Source of the DNA: a bacterium
Lineage (GTDB): Bacteria; UBA8248
Length of the DNA: 64,000 bases
Reading direction: 5' to 3'
Assembly (NCBI GenBank): GCA_965207065.1
Contig: OZ242260.1
Location: 3,552,001-3,616,000, forward strand
Shown here: piece by piece, positions 50,447 to 60,554 of the stretch
Numbering within the stretch: position 1 is the stretch's first letter
How the letters are laid out: the number at the start of each line of letters is the position of its first letter
Translations under genes and position numbers: made by a program
Notes under the pieces: model-generated
The model's database searches: none
The model's input: the letters and a program-made list of their open reading frames with translations, nothing else
What the model was told of the DNA's origin: nothing

Positions 50447-50908
50447 TTATCGAGACAGCCATCCCCCGTTTAGCAGAAAGGCTATCCTTTTTTCTTCCTC
50501 ATTCATGCGTGCAGATTCAGGCTCAGTGTAATGATCATACCCCTTGAGGTGCAAAAGGCCATGCACGAGCAGACGTTCTGCCAGGATTCCGAAATCAACC
50601 GCCTCGGGCTCCGCCTGGCGAAACACCTCGTCCACGCAGATCACTATTTCTCCTAAAAATGCCTCTCCCTCTTTTGGTTCACCCACAACCGGAAAGAAGT
50701 CAGCTGGAGGAAATGCCAACACATCTGTTGTTTCGTCCTCCTTCCGATATCGAGAATTTAACGCACGCATCTCCTCGTCACGAATGAATACGACGCTGAA
50801 CCAATCATTTTCGGACCGAAGGGCTTTCCGTATGACGTCCAAACGTTTCCTCAGCGTTATGTGATCCAGCGCGAACAGCTTTTGCTCGTTTTTGATGAGG
50901 ACTTCCAT
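50447..50908 (-). CDS. ybeY: rRNA maturation RNase YbeY
   Basis: LNSRYR...TDVLAFP, LGEIVI, HGLLHLKGYDH. Confidence 0.95.
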   Translation of the reverse strand: MEVLIKNEQKLFALDHITLRKRLDVIRKALRSENDWFSVVFIRDEEMRALNSRYRKEDETTDVLAFPPADFFPVVGEPKEGEAFLGEIVICVDEVFRQAEPEAVDFGILAERLLVHGLLHLKGYDHYTEPESARMNEEEKRIAFLLNGGWLSR

Positions 50909-53291
50909 TTGCGGCCCCTTTCCTAGGAGCATCTTCTTGTCCTGGATAGTGAATCCGGTGATGATGAATGCCAACCAAAACGCGCATGAAAGCGTCTTGA
51001 ATTTTGCTTAAATCCCTGAGCGTGAGACTGCAATTATCCAATTGTCCCTCGACAAAGGCACTTTGGACGATTCTATCCACCAATGCGCTGAGGCGCCCGA
51101 GAGAATGATCCGATAGCGAATGTGATGATGCCTCCACCATATCAGCCAACATCAGGATGCCCGCTTCCCTTGTCTGCGGTCTGGGTCCCGGATAGCGAAA
51201 AAACTCTTCTGTCACGCCATCCCCGTTTAGCTTCTTCGCTTTTTCATAAAAATACTGAATTAAGGATGTGCCATGATGTTGCTGAATTAAATCGATAATC
51301 TCTTTGGGTAGTTGGTGGCTTCTGGCAAGTTCCACGCCCTCTTTCACATGGCTGATCAGGATGAGCGCGCTCATGTTGGGCTTGAGTCTATCGTGGCGGT
51401 TTTCCCGCCCCTGGTTTTCTATGAAATACTCCGGCTTCATCATCTTTCCGATATCATGAAAATATGCACCCACACGGGTGAGAAGCGGATTCGCGCCTAT
51501 CGCCTCGGAAGCCTCCTCCGCCAAATTGCCCACGAGAAGGCTGTGGTGATAAGTACCTGGCGCACTAACGACCATCTTTCTCAACAACGGGTGATTTTGG
51601 TCGGCCAATTCCAGGAGGCGCATATCGGTCGTAAGTTTGAAAATCGACTCCAGCAGGGGCATGGCCCCTGCCACGATAATGACGTTTGAAAGGCCGCCGA
51701 GCATGGCGATGGGAACATCCGTCCATTGCATAATCGCGGCACTGAAACCTTCCTGCACATTAAAACCCAGGGCCAGCGCAGCACCTAGCAAACCCAGGAT
51801 GAACGCCACCACAAGCACGGAAGTCCTGCGACGATATTCTTTCCATCGAATGGCCGCCAGCACACCGCCGCCCAAGGCTACGAGGCTGAAGTTGATGTGG
51901 TTCGGCAAAATTAGACCGGTCAGAACGGCGGAGAATACTGCCATCAGAACTGCTGATGAGCGTCCCTGTAAAACGGCAGCAAGAAGAGAAGCGGAGCAAA
52001 ATGGAATAATATAGTAAAATGAATGGAGTGGAATCCCACGGAAAGTTTCATGCAGCACTTCAGAGAAGAGAATACCCATTTTCACCAAAACAGCCTGGCT
52101 CAAAAGCAGTATTACAAATAGTGTTACGTTTTTTTGTGATGCCAAAAAACTCATGTCGTATTTCTGCACACAAATCCATGCCAGGACCAGCAAAATAAAA
52201 ATCACCAAAGCTGTTCCGGTGAAGTTACCAAGCACATGGCTTTGTCGATAGATTTTCTCCAGGCTCTTAAGTTTTATTATTTGTCCTTCGCTTAACCGTT
52301 CTCCCTCGCGGGCAATCATTTCCCCTTGCTTGAGCACCTCTGAAACAGGGGGAACGGAGGCCGCAGCCTTCTCTCTGCTCTCAAGTGTCGCCCTGTTGTT
52401 GAAAGTCAGCGTCGGTTGAACCATCTTCAAGATTTGGGAGACCAGCAGACCCCGAACACGCTGAGGAATTCTGTTGGATTCCTTTCGAGCTTCTTGCTTG
52501 AGCAGTTTATCGACCTGTCGAAGCTCCAGAGGATTCATAGATGGGCTAACAGATACGCGATTCCCCGTTCTGATATCGCGTGCTGTAATGCCCTTCGCGG
52601 CATGGGTGGCGTATAATCTTTTATCGCTCACAATTTGGCTCGAATATGCCACCTTCAACAGCTTGGCGATATCCTCCTGGATCCAGTTTGCGAATCTCTC
52701 ATCTCTCAACCAACCCGATAATTTCTTTGGAACTGCGCCACCCACCAGCTTATGAAATGCGCTCTCCGCCTTAAGGAAGACAGGCGTAGCGTACAATTCC
52801 TGATAAGCTTCCGACTCGGATAAAAGTGACGGGTTCTTCTGTTTGGCGCGTATGCTCAAATGCTCGGCTTTCACCTTCTCGATCTCTTTGTCTACCGTCC
52901 GTTGTATGGATTCAAAAGCGCCTTTCAGTTTGGTGAGGATAACTTGCGAAAGTTTGGTATCGATATCGTAACGCGGCAAGACTTTGTCTCTGGATGCTTG
53001 GCGTTTCGCATTCGTGGCGATCGGATCGACAACGCGCATATCTTGTGGGGCTTTAATATCCCTGGGAACGACATCTCCTGCCTCGAAAGACACACGAGGC
53101 GCCGATAAATCGGTTGTGAGCAGAAACGAGAGTACAACGGCAAGTGTTCCGCCCAGAATCCACGGATAAGCCCTTGTGTTGGCAAACGCCAGGGCATAAC
53201 CCGCGAGCGGTCGTCCCACCGACACCAATAGACGTAAAAAAATGTTTTTGGGCTTCCCGGCAGATTTTCCGACGCCGGCTCGATGGATCAC
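50805..53291 (-). CDS. 7TM-HD phosphohydrolase (PgpH-like)
   Basis: Large extracytoplasmic domain, multiple TMs, APGTYHHS, YFHDIGK, HHGT, YPGPRPQ, LADMVEA; phoH-HD-ybeY synteny. Confidence 0.93.
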   Translation of the reverse strand: MIHRAGVGKSAGKPKNIFLRLLVSVGRPLAGYALAFANTRAYPWILGGTLAVVLSFLLTTDLSAPRVSFEAGDVVPRDIKAPQDMRVVDPIATNAKRQASRDKVLPRYDIDTKLSQVILTKLKGAFESIQRTVDKEIEKVKAEHLSIRAKQKNPSLLSESEAYQELYATPVFLKAESAFHKLVGGAVPKKLSGWLRDERFANWIQEDIAKLLKVAYSSQIVSDKRLYATHAAKGITARDIRTGNRVSVSPSMNPLELRQVDKLLKQEARKESNRIPQRVRGLLVSQILKMVQPTLTFNNRATLESREKAAASVPPVSEVLKQGEMIAREGERLSEGQIIKLKSLEKIYRQSHVLGNFTGTALVIFILLVLAWICVQKYDMSFLASQKNVTLFVILLLSQAVLVKMGILFSEVLHETFRGIPLHSFYYIIPFCSASLLAAVLQGRSSAVLMAVFSAVLTGLILPNHINFSLVALGGGVLAAIRWKEYRRRTSVLVVAFILGLLGAALALGFNVQEGFSAAIMQWTDVPIAMLGGLSNVIIVAGAMPLLESIFKLTTDMRLLELADQNHPLLRKMVVSAPGTYHHSLLVGNLAEEASEAIGANPLLTRVGAYFHDIGKMMKPEYFIENQGRENRHDRLKPNMSALILISHVKEGVELARSHQLPKEIIDLIQQHHGTSLIQYFYEKAKKLNGDGVTEEFFRYPGPRPQTREAGILMLADMVEASSHSLSDHSLGRLSALVDRIVQSAFVEGQLDNCSLTLRDLSKIQDAFMRVLVGIHHHRIHYPGQEDAPRKGAANGSPHQKRAKAVRAGSHNAEETFGRHTESPSVRK

Positions 53292-53389
53292 GCGATCAAC
53301 CTCCAGAATCCTTCAAATATGAAGGGATTGTGGACGTATCGGCTATATGTGAACGCCCTCGGCTATGCAAGTACTCTTACAGAGTTCGC

Positions 53390-54334
53390 TTATAAACTGT
53401 GGGCCTCGTATGCAGAAACGATTTTTCTCACCAAGTGTGTGCGAACCACATCTCGTTCACTGAAATAGACGAAACAAACTTCCTGTAAATCTCCCAAGAC
53501 GTCTTTTGCATGAATCAGCCCGCACCCGGAGGTTTCGGGCAAATCAATTTGGGTAATGTCCCCTGTCACGATCGCTTTGCTCCGGGTACCGAGGCGGGTG
53601 AGGAACATTTTCATCTGCTCGGGCGTCGTGTTCTGCGCTTCATCCAATATAATAAAAGAATCATTCAGCGAACGACCCCTCATATATGCGAGCGGCGCTA
53701 TCTCTATCTCACCTCTTTGAATAAACCGCTCCACCCGCTCGAATTCCACCATATCGTTCAGAGCGTCAAACAACGGCCTGAGGTACGGATTCACCTTCTC
53801 TTGTAAATCACCAGGCAAAAATCCGAGCTTCTCCCCCGCTTCCACCACGGGCCTTGTCAACACGATACGAGCGTATGCCTTCTCTAACAATCCAGAAACT
53901 GCCATCGCCATGGCCAGATAAGTTTTCCCCGTTCCGGCTGGTCCTATTCCAAATGTAATCCCTTTTTCGCGAATCGACCTTATGTAATCGCTTTGGACCG
54001 GGCCTTTGGGAATAACGTATCGTTTCTTCGATGAAACCGATATCCGATTTGCCACCAAGGAGCGGAGCGTAACGTCTTGTTCCGCTGCAACGGTCTGAGC
54101 CAGTGTCTTGACATTCAACGGGTCGAAGCGAAATCCCTCGTCCACGCATTCCGTCAACTCATCCAGGAACAGACGGGCCCTCTCGGCGGCATCAGGAAAG
54201 CCTTCAATGACGAACCCCTCTGATGCAATTCTGATCTTTACGTCAAACGCCCTCTCTACGGCTTTGAGGGATTCATCCCGATTTCCAATAATATGAACCA
54301 GCCTTTCCGGCCCAGCCAGCGGGCTTGCAGACAT
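53390..54334 (-). CDS. phoH: PhoH-like ATPase
   Basis: GPAGTGKT, RPVVEAGEKLGFLPG, YMRGRSL, DEAQN, GDITQIDL; start uncertain (54334-54394). Confidence 0.95.
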   Translation of the reverse strand: MSASPLAGPERLVHIIGNRDESLKAVERAFDVKIRIASEGFVIEGFPDAAERARLFLDELTECVDEGFRFDPLNVKTLAQTVAAEQDVTLRSLVANRISVSSKKRYVIPKGPVQSDYIRSIREKGITFGIGPAGTGKTYLAMAMAVSGLLEKAYARIVLTRPVVEAGEKLGFLPGDLQEKVNPYLRPLFDALNDMVEFERVERFIQRGEIEIAPLAYMRGRSLNDSFIILDEAQNTTPEQMKMFLTRLGTRSKAIVTGDITQIDLPETSGCGLIHAKDVLGDLQEVCFVYFSERDVVRTHLVRKIVSAYEAHSL

Positions 54335-54411
54335 CCTAGTCGCCAACAGATTCAGGCTCCCCGTATCTACATGATTCGGCTTTAGAAAATCCAAGGTCCA
54401 TGCGCCATTTG

Positions 54412-54440
54412 ATCGTACGCCCCATAATTTCAGGCGTCAA
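54412..54440 (-). promoter_or_regulatory. Putative sigma70 promoter for the phoH operon
   Basis: Minus strand TTGACG-17 nt-TACGAT. Confidence 0.55.
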
Positions 54441-54474
54441 CAAAAGAACAGTTTTTTATTTTGCTTTTCATTTC

Positions 54475-55428
54475 CTATCCCCTCGGATGACTCTTGTCTA
54501 AAAGTCCCCGCAGTTTTTGCCTGTCCACATGCGTGTAAACCTCGGTGGTGGAAATATCCGAATGCCCAAGCATTGCCTGGATGGCCCGCAGGTCTGCCCC
54601 GTGATTAAGCAAATGAGTCGCAAAGCTGTGCCGGAATACATGGGGGCTCACGCCCTTGCCCACACCCGCTTCTTTCGCCCATTTCTTGACCCTCGCCCAG
54701 AATGCTTGACGGGTCATGGGTCCTCCCCGGCTCGTGAGAAATACATAATCCGACTTCCGGGCGCGCAGAAGGCTCAGCCGAGCGGTATCCAGATAATCCG
54801 CAATCATTTCTTTCGCTGTATCTCCTATGGGAACAAGCCGGGATTTATCTCCTTTTCCATGGACGATGCAAAATCCCGATTCAAGTTCAATTTGAATAAG
54901 CTTGAGTTGAATGATCTCGCTGACGCGCATGCCGGTGGCGTACAAAAGCTCGAACATGGCCCTGTCCCGAACCGCCTGCGGCGTTTTATCATCGGGCGCC
55001 AGCAATATCCTGGACATATCTTCTTGTGAAAGCGTCTTGGGCAAACGCTTCCATTTTGCTGGTTGAGTAATGTCCGCCGTAAAATCTTCCCTTATGTGCC
55101 CGTCGCGAACCAACAATCCGGCGAGCGCGCGAATGGACGCCAGGCGCCGCCGAAGCGTGGTATCTGATTTTCCCTTCTCCCGCATTTCCTTGAGATAATC
55201 GATAATGGTGTTTTTTGACCAATTCGCCGGCGAAGCATCCTCGTTTTCCTGCAGCCAACAGAAAAACGAATCGATGTCGCGCCCATAACTCTCCACTGTA
55301 TTCTGAGCACGACGACGCTCGATCAGGAGAAAATCCCTGAAAGTCCTTGAAATATCGACAAGGTGCGCATCAAGTGATACCCCGTTTGTTTTATTTTGAT
55401 CATCAACCGAAAACATTTCCTTCGTCAT
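54475..55428 (-). CDS. xerD: Tyrosine recombinase XerD
   Basis: LPKTL, RDRAMFELLYATGMRVSE, GKGDK, SPHVFRHSFATH, LGHSDISTTEVYTH, HPRG end; start uncertain. Confidence 0.93.
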   Translation of the reverse strand: MTKEMFSVDDQNKTNGVSLDAHLVDISRTFRDFLLIERRRAQNTVESYGRDIDSFFCWLQENEDASPANWSKNTIIDYLKEMREKGKSDTTLRRRLASIRALAGLLVRDGHIREDFTADITQPAKWKRLPKTLSQEDMSRILLAPDDKTPQAVRDRAMFELLYATGMRVSEIIQLKLIQIELESGFCIVHGKGDKSRLVPIGDTAKEMIADYLDTARLSLLRARKSDYVFLTSRGGPMTRQAFWARVKKWAKEAGVGKGVSPHVFRHSFATHLLNHGADLRAIQAMLGHSDISTTEVYTHVDRQKLRGLLDKSHPRG

Positions 55429-55445
55429 CACCGGATCCTCATTGC

Positions 55446-57110
55446 TCAGGATTTTCTCCATGCGAGGCGTGTGAAACGGCACCAGGATTCATACGAGGAA
55501 GCATCAATTTTTTTCGCCATGAATGTATAAAAGCAGGCAGCCAAGGACACCTCAAGCATGAGTAGCAGCGATTTGAGGAGCGACGAACCCTGCGCATCCC
55601 ATATTTGCAAATGAAGAAAATACGTAAGCAACCCCGTCAACACTCCAAGCGCCAGAAGCCTGCTCAGAGAACGAGCCAATTCTTGTTTCGGAAAATTGCT
55701 CCACTCACGCAAAATGCCTCTCAGCAGCAACACCGCATTCAAAGCACTTGCACAAGACGTTGCGAGTGCGAGCCCGATAAACCCAAGAGGGAACATCAAA
55801 GCGACACTGAGCACTACGTTCGTGAGCACAGCGATATTGGCGCACCTCACCGGAAAGCTCGTATTCAATCGAGCATGAAACACCCCGGCCAAAAGCCTCG
55901 TAACTCCAAAAAACATCAGCCCCACAGCATAGGCCTGCAATGCGGCCGCGCTTGCCGCAGTATGGTTTTCCGTAAAAGCGCCACGCTCGAAGATGACCTC
56001 CATAATCGGATGGGCTAAAACCATCAAGCCAAATGTAGAGGGGATGGTGAGGAACAACGTCAGACGTCCCGCTTCAAGCATAGCGTTGCGCTCGGAATCT
56101 ACAGATTCGGAATTTACTCTATTTTTCGCCGCATGATCAGACAAAACCGGCAAGACCGCGGACACTACAGCGAGGCTCAATATGCCATGAGGAAGCTGTA
56201 CCAATCGGTTCGCATAATAGAGATACGAAATGGAGCCTTCGGCCAGGAACGAAGCCAACCATCGATCGACAAGAACATTAATCTGAAAAATAGCGCCCCC
56301 GATGGCAGCCGGTCCCATGAGCGCCAAACATCTGCCGACACCCTCCACTCGCCAGGGGATGGAAGGAACCGGTAATATCTGTAATTTCGCCATGAAGGGG
56401 AGTTGGAAAAAGAACTGGACCGCTCCACCGATTACAACTGCCCAGGCGAGCCACCGAATGGCTTCTGCGCTGCTTACCCAATAACCCGCCAATAAAAGGG
56501 CGACGATGATAACCACGTTCTGGAGAGCGGGCGCGAGAGCGGGCACGAAAAAACGGCGCGCCGCGTTCAACATACCTGCTGCGACCGCCCACAGACCAAT
56601 AAAAATAATGAATGGAAACATGATTCTGGTTAGTTGCGCGGCGAGATTCAATTTCTCCGGGTTGCTCGAAAAACCTGGCGCCAGTGCTCTCATCAAAGGG
56701 TCAGCGAACCAAATCCCAATCGCGCAACCCGCACTTCCCGCGAAGACGAGAAACACCAACATCCCGCCCGCGAATTTATTTGCCTCTTTGGTCCCGGATT
56801 GTTCACGCACGTCGGAGTAGACGGGAAGAAACGAGGAACTCAGAGCCCCTTCCATAAACATGCGCCTGAAAAGATTGGGAATCGCAAATGCGACGAAGAA
56901 GGCATCGGCCATCATTGCGGCGCCAAAGAATTTGGCGATGAGCAAATCCCGGAAAAAACCCGCTACACGGCTGATGAGAGTCGCCAAGCTGACGGGACCC
57001 GCAAACCTGGAAATGCTCTCCTCCGACGGGGAATCGCCATTCTCTACCGGCGCATCGGCAAAAGTATTTTCTTCACGTCCTTGATTAGAGGATTCAGGTG
57101 GCGTGGTCAC
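55446..57110 (-). CDS. murJ: Lipid II flippase
   Basis: SRVAGFFRD, ADAF, PNLFRR..EGAL, YYANRLVQLP, FERGAF. Confidence 0.96.
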   Translation of the reverse strand: MTTPPESSNQGREENTFADAPVENGDSPSEESISRFAGPVSLATLISRVAGFFRDLLIAKFFGAAMMADAFFVAFAIPNLFRRMFMEGALSSSFLPVYSDVREQSGTKEANKFAGGMLVFLVFAGSAGCAIGIWFADPLMRALAPGFSSNPEKLNLAAQLTRIMFPFIIFIGLWAVAAGMLNAARRFFVPALAPALQNVVIIVALLLAGYWVSSAEAIRWLAWAVVIGGAVQFFFQLPFMAKLQILPVPSIPWRVEGVGRCLALMGPAAIGGAIFQINVLVDRWLASFLAEGSISYLYYANRLVQLPHGILSLAVVSAVLPVLSDHAAKNRVNSESVDSERNAMLEAGRLTLFLTIPSTFGLMVLAHPIMEVIFERGAFTENHTAASAAALQAYAVGLMFFGVTRLLAGVFHARLNTSFPVRCANIAVLTNVVLSVALMFPLGFIGLALATSCASALNAVLLLRGILREWSNFPKQELARSLSRLLALGVLTGLLTYFLHLQIWDAQGSSLLKSLLLMLEVSLAACFYTFMAKKIDASSYESWCRFTRLAWRKS

Positions 57111-57137
57111 AAATTTCCTGACACCAGGGCGGTGAGC

Positions 57138-57165
57138 TTGACAACCCTTTGTTCCGTGGTATTTT
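57138..57165 (+). promoter_or_regulatory. Putative sigma70 promoter for rpsT
   Basis: TTGACA-16 nt-TATTTT with extended TG. Confidence 0.5.
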
Positions 57166-57228
57166 ACCGAGGCTGTGAAACAGCCTCAAGAGAAACATTT
57201 CGACTATTTTCACGGAGAATGAAACAAA

Positions 57229-57486
57229 TTGCCACATATTCGTTCGGCTAAGAAGCGCAATCGACAGAATATCGTTCGCCGCACCAGAAACCGCGCAATT
57301 CGGACGCAGTTTCGCAATACCATTAGGCAGGTCTTGGTGGATAGCGAAGAAAACCCCGAAGAACTGTTGAAAAAAGCCCAGTCGCAACTGGACCGCGCAG
57401 CCACCAAAGGAATTATCCACAAGAAAACAGCGTCGAGACGCGCGGGAAGATTGGCCAAACGAGTTCATGCGGCATCTTCGAAATAG
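57229..57486 (+). CDS. rpsT: 30S ribosomal protein S20
   Basis: SAKKR.RQ...R..RN, LDRAATKGIIHK..ASR. Confidence 0.96.
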   Translation: MPHIRSAKKRNRQNIVRRTRNRAIRTQFRNTIRQVLVDSEENPEELLKKAQSQLDRAATKGIIHKKTASRRAGRLAKRVHAASSK

Positions 57487-58530
57487 CTAAACAACTTGGT
57501 GCGTCCCGCTTCGAGAGGAACGCACATCCACCAAAAACAGTTCCAATATCTGACGAGCGACCTTCGTGTCGCTTGTTCTCTTGAGCTTGCGATCCACTTG
57601 AAGCAGTTTCGCATACAGTTCGCGCAAATAGGCGGAACCCAGCCCCCTGACCTGTTTCTCAAGCCTTCTCCCCACAAAAGGTGGCAGACCCAACACTTGA
57701 GATATGCCCTGGGCGCCCCGGCCACTTCTTATCAAGGCCTTTGATATCGTCCAGCGCCGAATCAGATTGCGTAACAACCCGATGAACATGACGGGGTGTT
57801 CGGTTTCCATCATCCGGCGCAAGAGAACGAGGGTTCCATCCAAGCCCCCCTGGCTGATTGAATCACCCAGCTTGTAGAGCAATTCCTCTTTGGAGTGGCC
57901 GACTATTTCACGGATCTCCTCAGCGCCGGCAAGTGTTCCCGGCATTACATAAGAGGCGATCTTCTCGAGCTCGGTGCTAAGTCTCATCATGGAAGGCTTG
58001 ACCATTTCGACCAACATATCGGCGGCCTCTGGTCGCAACTCGAATCCCAACTCCACGGCGCGTCCATGAAGCCATCTCTTTAATTCTTCCCCTTCCAGGA
58101 TATCCACCCGACAATGCACGCTCGCCTTGACCAGGCGTTGGAAGAAAGTAGTGCGCATGTCGGCGCTCTCAATACAAAAAACCAAAACTGTGGATTCGGA
58201 CGGGTGATCGAGATAAGAGAGAAAGACGGATTCATCCCTCTCGGCCGGTCTGGTGAAATTGAGGATTTCGACGAGGCGCTTTTCCGCTATAAATGGCAGC
58301 GTCTGGGCAATAGTGATGATAGTGGGCGCATCGGCCTCGGCCCAGTCGAAACGATCATGGTTGAAATCTTCCGGACCATCCCCAAATACCTTGCGACGAA
58401 TAACGCGCAGGTACTCATCCCGCAAAAAGGAGTCTTTGCCTTCCAAAAGATATACAGGTTGCGTCGGTGCGTTTTGCACATCGGAGATCGCAGCGAGAGA
58501 ACTCTTCGGTTTCTTGCGACTCTTGGCCAA
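57487..58530 (-). CDS. holA: DNA polymerase III delta subunit
   Basis: PVYLLEG, TLPFIAEKRLV, ELEKI, D..LK; lptE-holA-rpsT synteny. Confidence 0.9.
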   Translation of the reverse strand: MAKSRKKPKSSLAAISDVQNAPTQPVYLLEGKDSFLRDEYLRVIRRKVFGDGPEDFNHDRFDWAEADAPTIITIAQTLPFIAEKRLVEILNFTRPAERDESVFLSYLDHPSESTVLVFCIESADMRTTFFQRLVKASVHCRVDILEGEELKRWLHGRAVELGFELRPEAADMLVEMVKPSMMRLSTELEKIASYVMPGTLAGAEEIREIVGHSKEELLYKLGDSISQGGLDGTLVLLRRMMETEHPVMFIGLLRNLIRRWTISKALIRSGRGAQGISQVLGLPPFVGRRLEKQVRGLGSAYLRELYAKLLQVDRKLKRTSDTKVARQILELFLVDVRSSRSGTHQVV

Positions 58531-58531
58531 G

Positions 58532-59068
58532 CTAAAAGCCCTCTAATACGAGGCTCACGACGTCTTTCGACAAAGAATCGGCCACTTGTTGATTGGCGTT
58601 CGAGCGGTTCGTGTCGCTTTGCGCTATAGATGATGAAACCGCGAATTCGGCATAGGACTCCAAGTCCTGATTGATAAGCAATTTCTTTCGCCCCTTGTCG
58701 CGCAGCCGTATTCGCGTACGCACAACGACACGGTATTCTTGAACCCTGTCGGCCCGAGTGAAGCCAATCGGAGAGAGGCGATAGTCGCGCAATACACCTT
58801 CGAGAGCGATGTCGGCATCGGGAGTGTCGGAAATCCGGAGGCGGCCGTCCCGCAAGAATCTACCTCTCATCGCTTTCGTAACGGCGCGTCCAAGGCCCGG
58901 CTCGTTCGTATGGTTCAGGAATGGTGATATCGAAATTGTCTGAACAGCTTTGAGGTTTTTGCGGCGTAAAGTTCCCTCAAGGTCGTAGCCACAACCCGCA
59001 ATCAGAAAAACGCACAGCAGGAGAGAGAAGCCGAACTTGTAATTCGTCCTCAATCGTATCCCTCTCAA
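58532..59068 (-). CDS. lptE: LptE-family lipoprotein
   Basis: Lipobox LIAG-C-GY, F.N.T.EPGL, EYR; upstream of holA. Confidence 0.85.
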   Translation of the reverse strand: MRGIRLRTNYKFGFSLLLCVFLIAGCGYDLEGTLRRKNLKAVQTISISPFLNHTNEPGLGRAVTKAMRGRFLRDGRLRISDTPDADIALEGVLRDYRLSPIGFTRADRVQEYRVVVRTRIRLRDKGRKKLLINQDLESYAEFAVSSSIAQSDTNRSNANQQVADSLSKDVVSLVLEGF

Positions 59069-59619
59069 ATCGAAACCTCCAGGGAAAGCTCACGATTCTT
59101 CACACTGCTAAAAGCAATTTGCTCACTCAGCATAACCAATGCGTCATATTTCTCATCATCCGGCTCACAAACAAGAATATCTACATCCCAAGGGTTTCCG
59201 ATGACGCCTCGAATGGCGCCGTTCATAATCTCCGTGGCCACTGGAGCAAAGTCATCAGGAAGCTGTGCGAAGCCGGAAACCTGCATTGACAAATTCTTCG
59301 CCGACGCTCTCATCATTCTTCCAAAAATATCCTTTGCATGCCGGTAGAGCCTTGTGAGGGTCAAGTCCTCCAAAGAACCGACCCCTGCGAACAATACATA
59401 CTCAGGCGCGAGTCGCCCCTTCGAGGCAAGCATGGCTTGCGACTCCCATGCACCGCTCAATTTGCCGCCCTCGACGAGATGGCTTACCTCGCTCTCAAGC
59501 AATTGGTCGATATGTCGCAGTCGCCCTTGAAACGGAAAATGCTCCACTGCGAACATGCAGACGGCGGCAAAACTTTTCACCTCATGCAGCCCTTGAGGAT
59601 ACAATCGAAGGCGGATCAT
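59065..59619 (-). CDS. Stand-alone peptidase M17 N-terminal (macro-like) domain protein
   Basis: PFQG....ID..L...VS.L...G..SG...L.....L....VLFAGVG pattern; no catalytic M17 domain; translationally coupled on both sides. Confidence 0.55.
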   Translation of the reverse strand: MIRLRLYPQGLHEVKSFAAVCMFAVEHFPFQGRLRHIDQLLESEVSHLVEGGKLSGAWESQAMLASKGRLAPEYVLFAGVGSLEDLTLTRLYRHAKDIFGRMMRASAKNLSMQVSGFAQLPDDFAPVATEIMNGAIRGVIGNPWDVDILVCEPDDEKYDALVMLSEQIAFSSVKNRELSLEVSI

Positions 59620-59620
59620 C

Positions 59621-60037
59621 CTAGACCGCCATTTTCTCTTGATAGAGACGGTCCAGAATGCCGTTCACGAATCCGGGAGCATTCTCCGGTCCATATCGCT
59701 TGGCCAGACGTATTGCTTCATCTATCGTGACCGCGGGCGGGATATCCGTGGAAAAATACATTTCGCAAACGCCCAGACGCAGTATGCTTCTCGATACGGC
59801 GTCCATGCGCTCGAGCGACCAACTCGCACTCGCTTCTGTGAGCAAATCGTCAATCTGCCGGTTTTTTTCCAAAATGAGTGCTATCAACCTATCGGCGAAC
59901 ATTTTCGACTTTTCATCCGCCGGATGCAGCCGCCAATAACGCTCTACCTCCTCCGGAGTGAGACTTCCGATACGATCTGCATGATAGAGGATATGAAACG
60001 CAAGCTCTCGTCCAGCCTTTCTGTTTTCCACTATCAT
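59621..60037 (-). CDS. nusB: Transcription antitermination factor
   Basis: R..GRE.A...[29 protein letters not shown]. Confidence 0.95.
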   Translation of the reverse strand: MIVENRKAGRELAFHILYHADRIGSLTPEEVERYWRLHPADEKSKMFADRLIALILEKNRQIDDLLTEASASWSLERMDAVSRSILRLGVCEMYFSTDIPPAVTIDEAIRLAKRYGPENAPGFVNGILDRLYQEKMAV

Positions 60038-60534
60038 TTTCCCTCTTCGAGAACATCGTTCTCATCCTCATCCATTTTTGAAAACAAGTTGGCCATCTCC
60101 ACAGCGGCCAGAGCCCCCTCATATCCCTTATTTCCCATCTTTGTTCCCGCACGCTCGATAGCCTGCTCAATCGTATCCGTCGTGACGACGGCGAAAATGG
60201 TCGGCACCCCCGTCTGAGCACCCACTTGGGCGATGCCCTTCGTCGCCTCGGCACACACCAAATCATAGTGAGATGTCGCGCCCCGTATCACGCAACCCAA
60301 GCATACAATGGCATCGTATTTTTGCGATTTCGCCATCTTCATCGCGGCCGCTGGAAGCTCGAAAGAACCAGGCACCTGCACGTGCATAATATCGGATGTG
60401 GATACGCCGGATTGCCGCAAAGCCGTCTCGGCTCCCCGCACGAGGTGCGTCACGATAAAATCGTTAAAACGCGACGAGACGAGAGCGATCCGCAGGCTCC
60501 GCCCGTCCAAATTACCTTCCACCGGATTATCCAT
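60034..60534 (-). CDS. ribH: Lumazine synthase
   Basis: [29 protein letters not shown]. Confidence 0.97.
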   Translation of the reverse strand: MDNPVEGNLDGRSLRIALVSSRFNDFIVTHLVRGAETALRQSGVSTSDIMHVQVPGSFELPAAAMKMAKSQKYDAIVCLGCVIRGATSHYDLVCAEATKGIAQVGAQTGVPTIFAVVTTDTIEQAIERAGTKMGNKGYEGALAAVEMANLFSKMDEDENDVLEEGK

Positions 60535-60554
60535 TCCCTCTCCACATACGTTTA

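Noticed and set aside
54475-55428. Tyrosine recombinase as a possible integrase or island marker
   Set aside because: XerD-type motifs and housekeeping context; no att sites or cargo genes.
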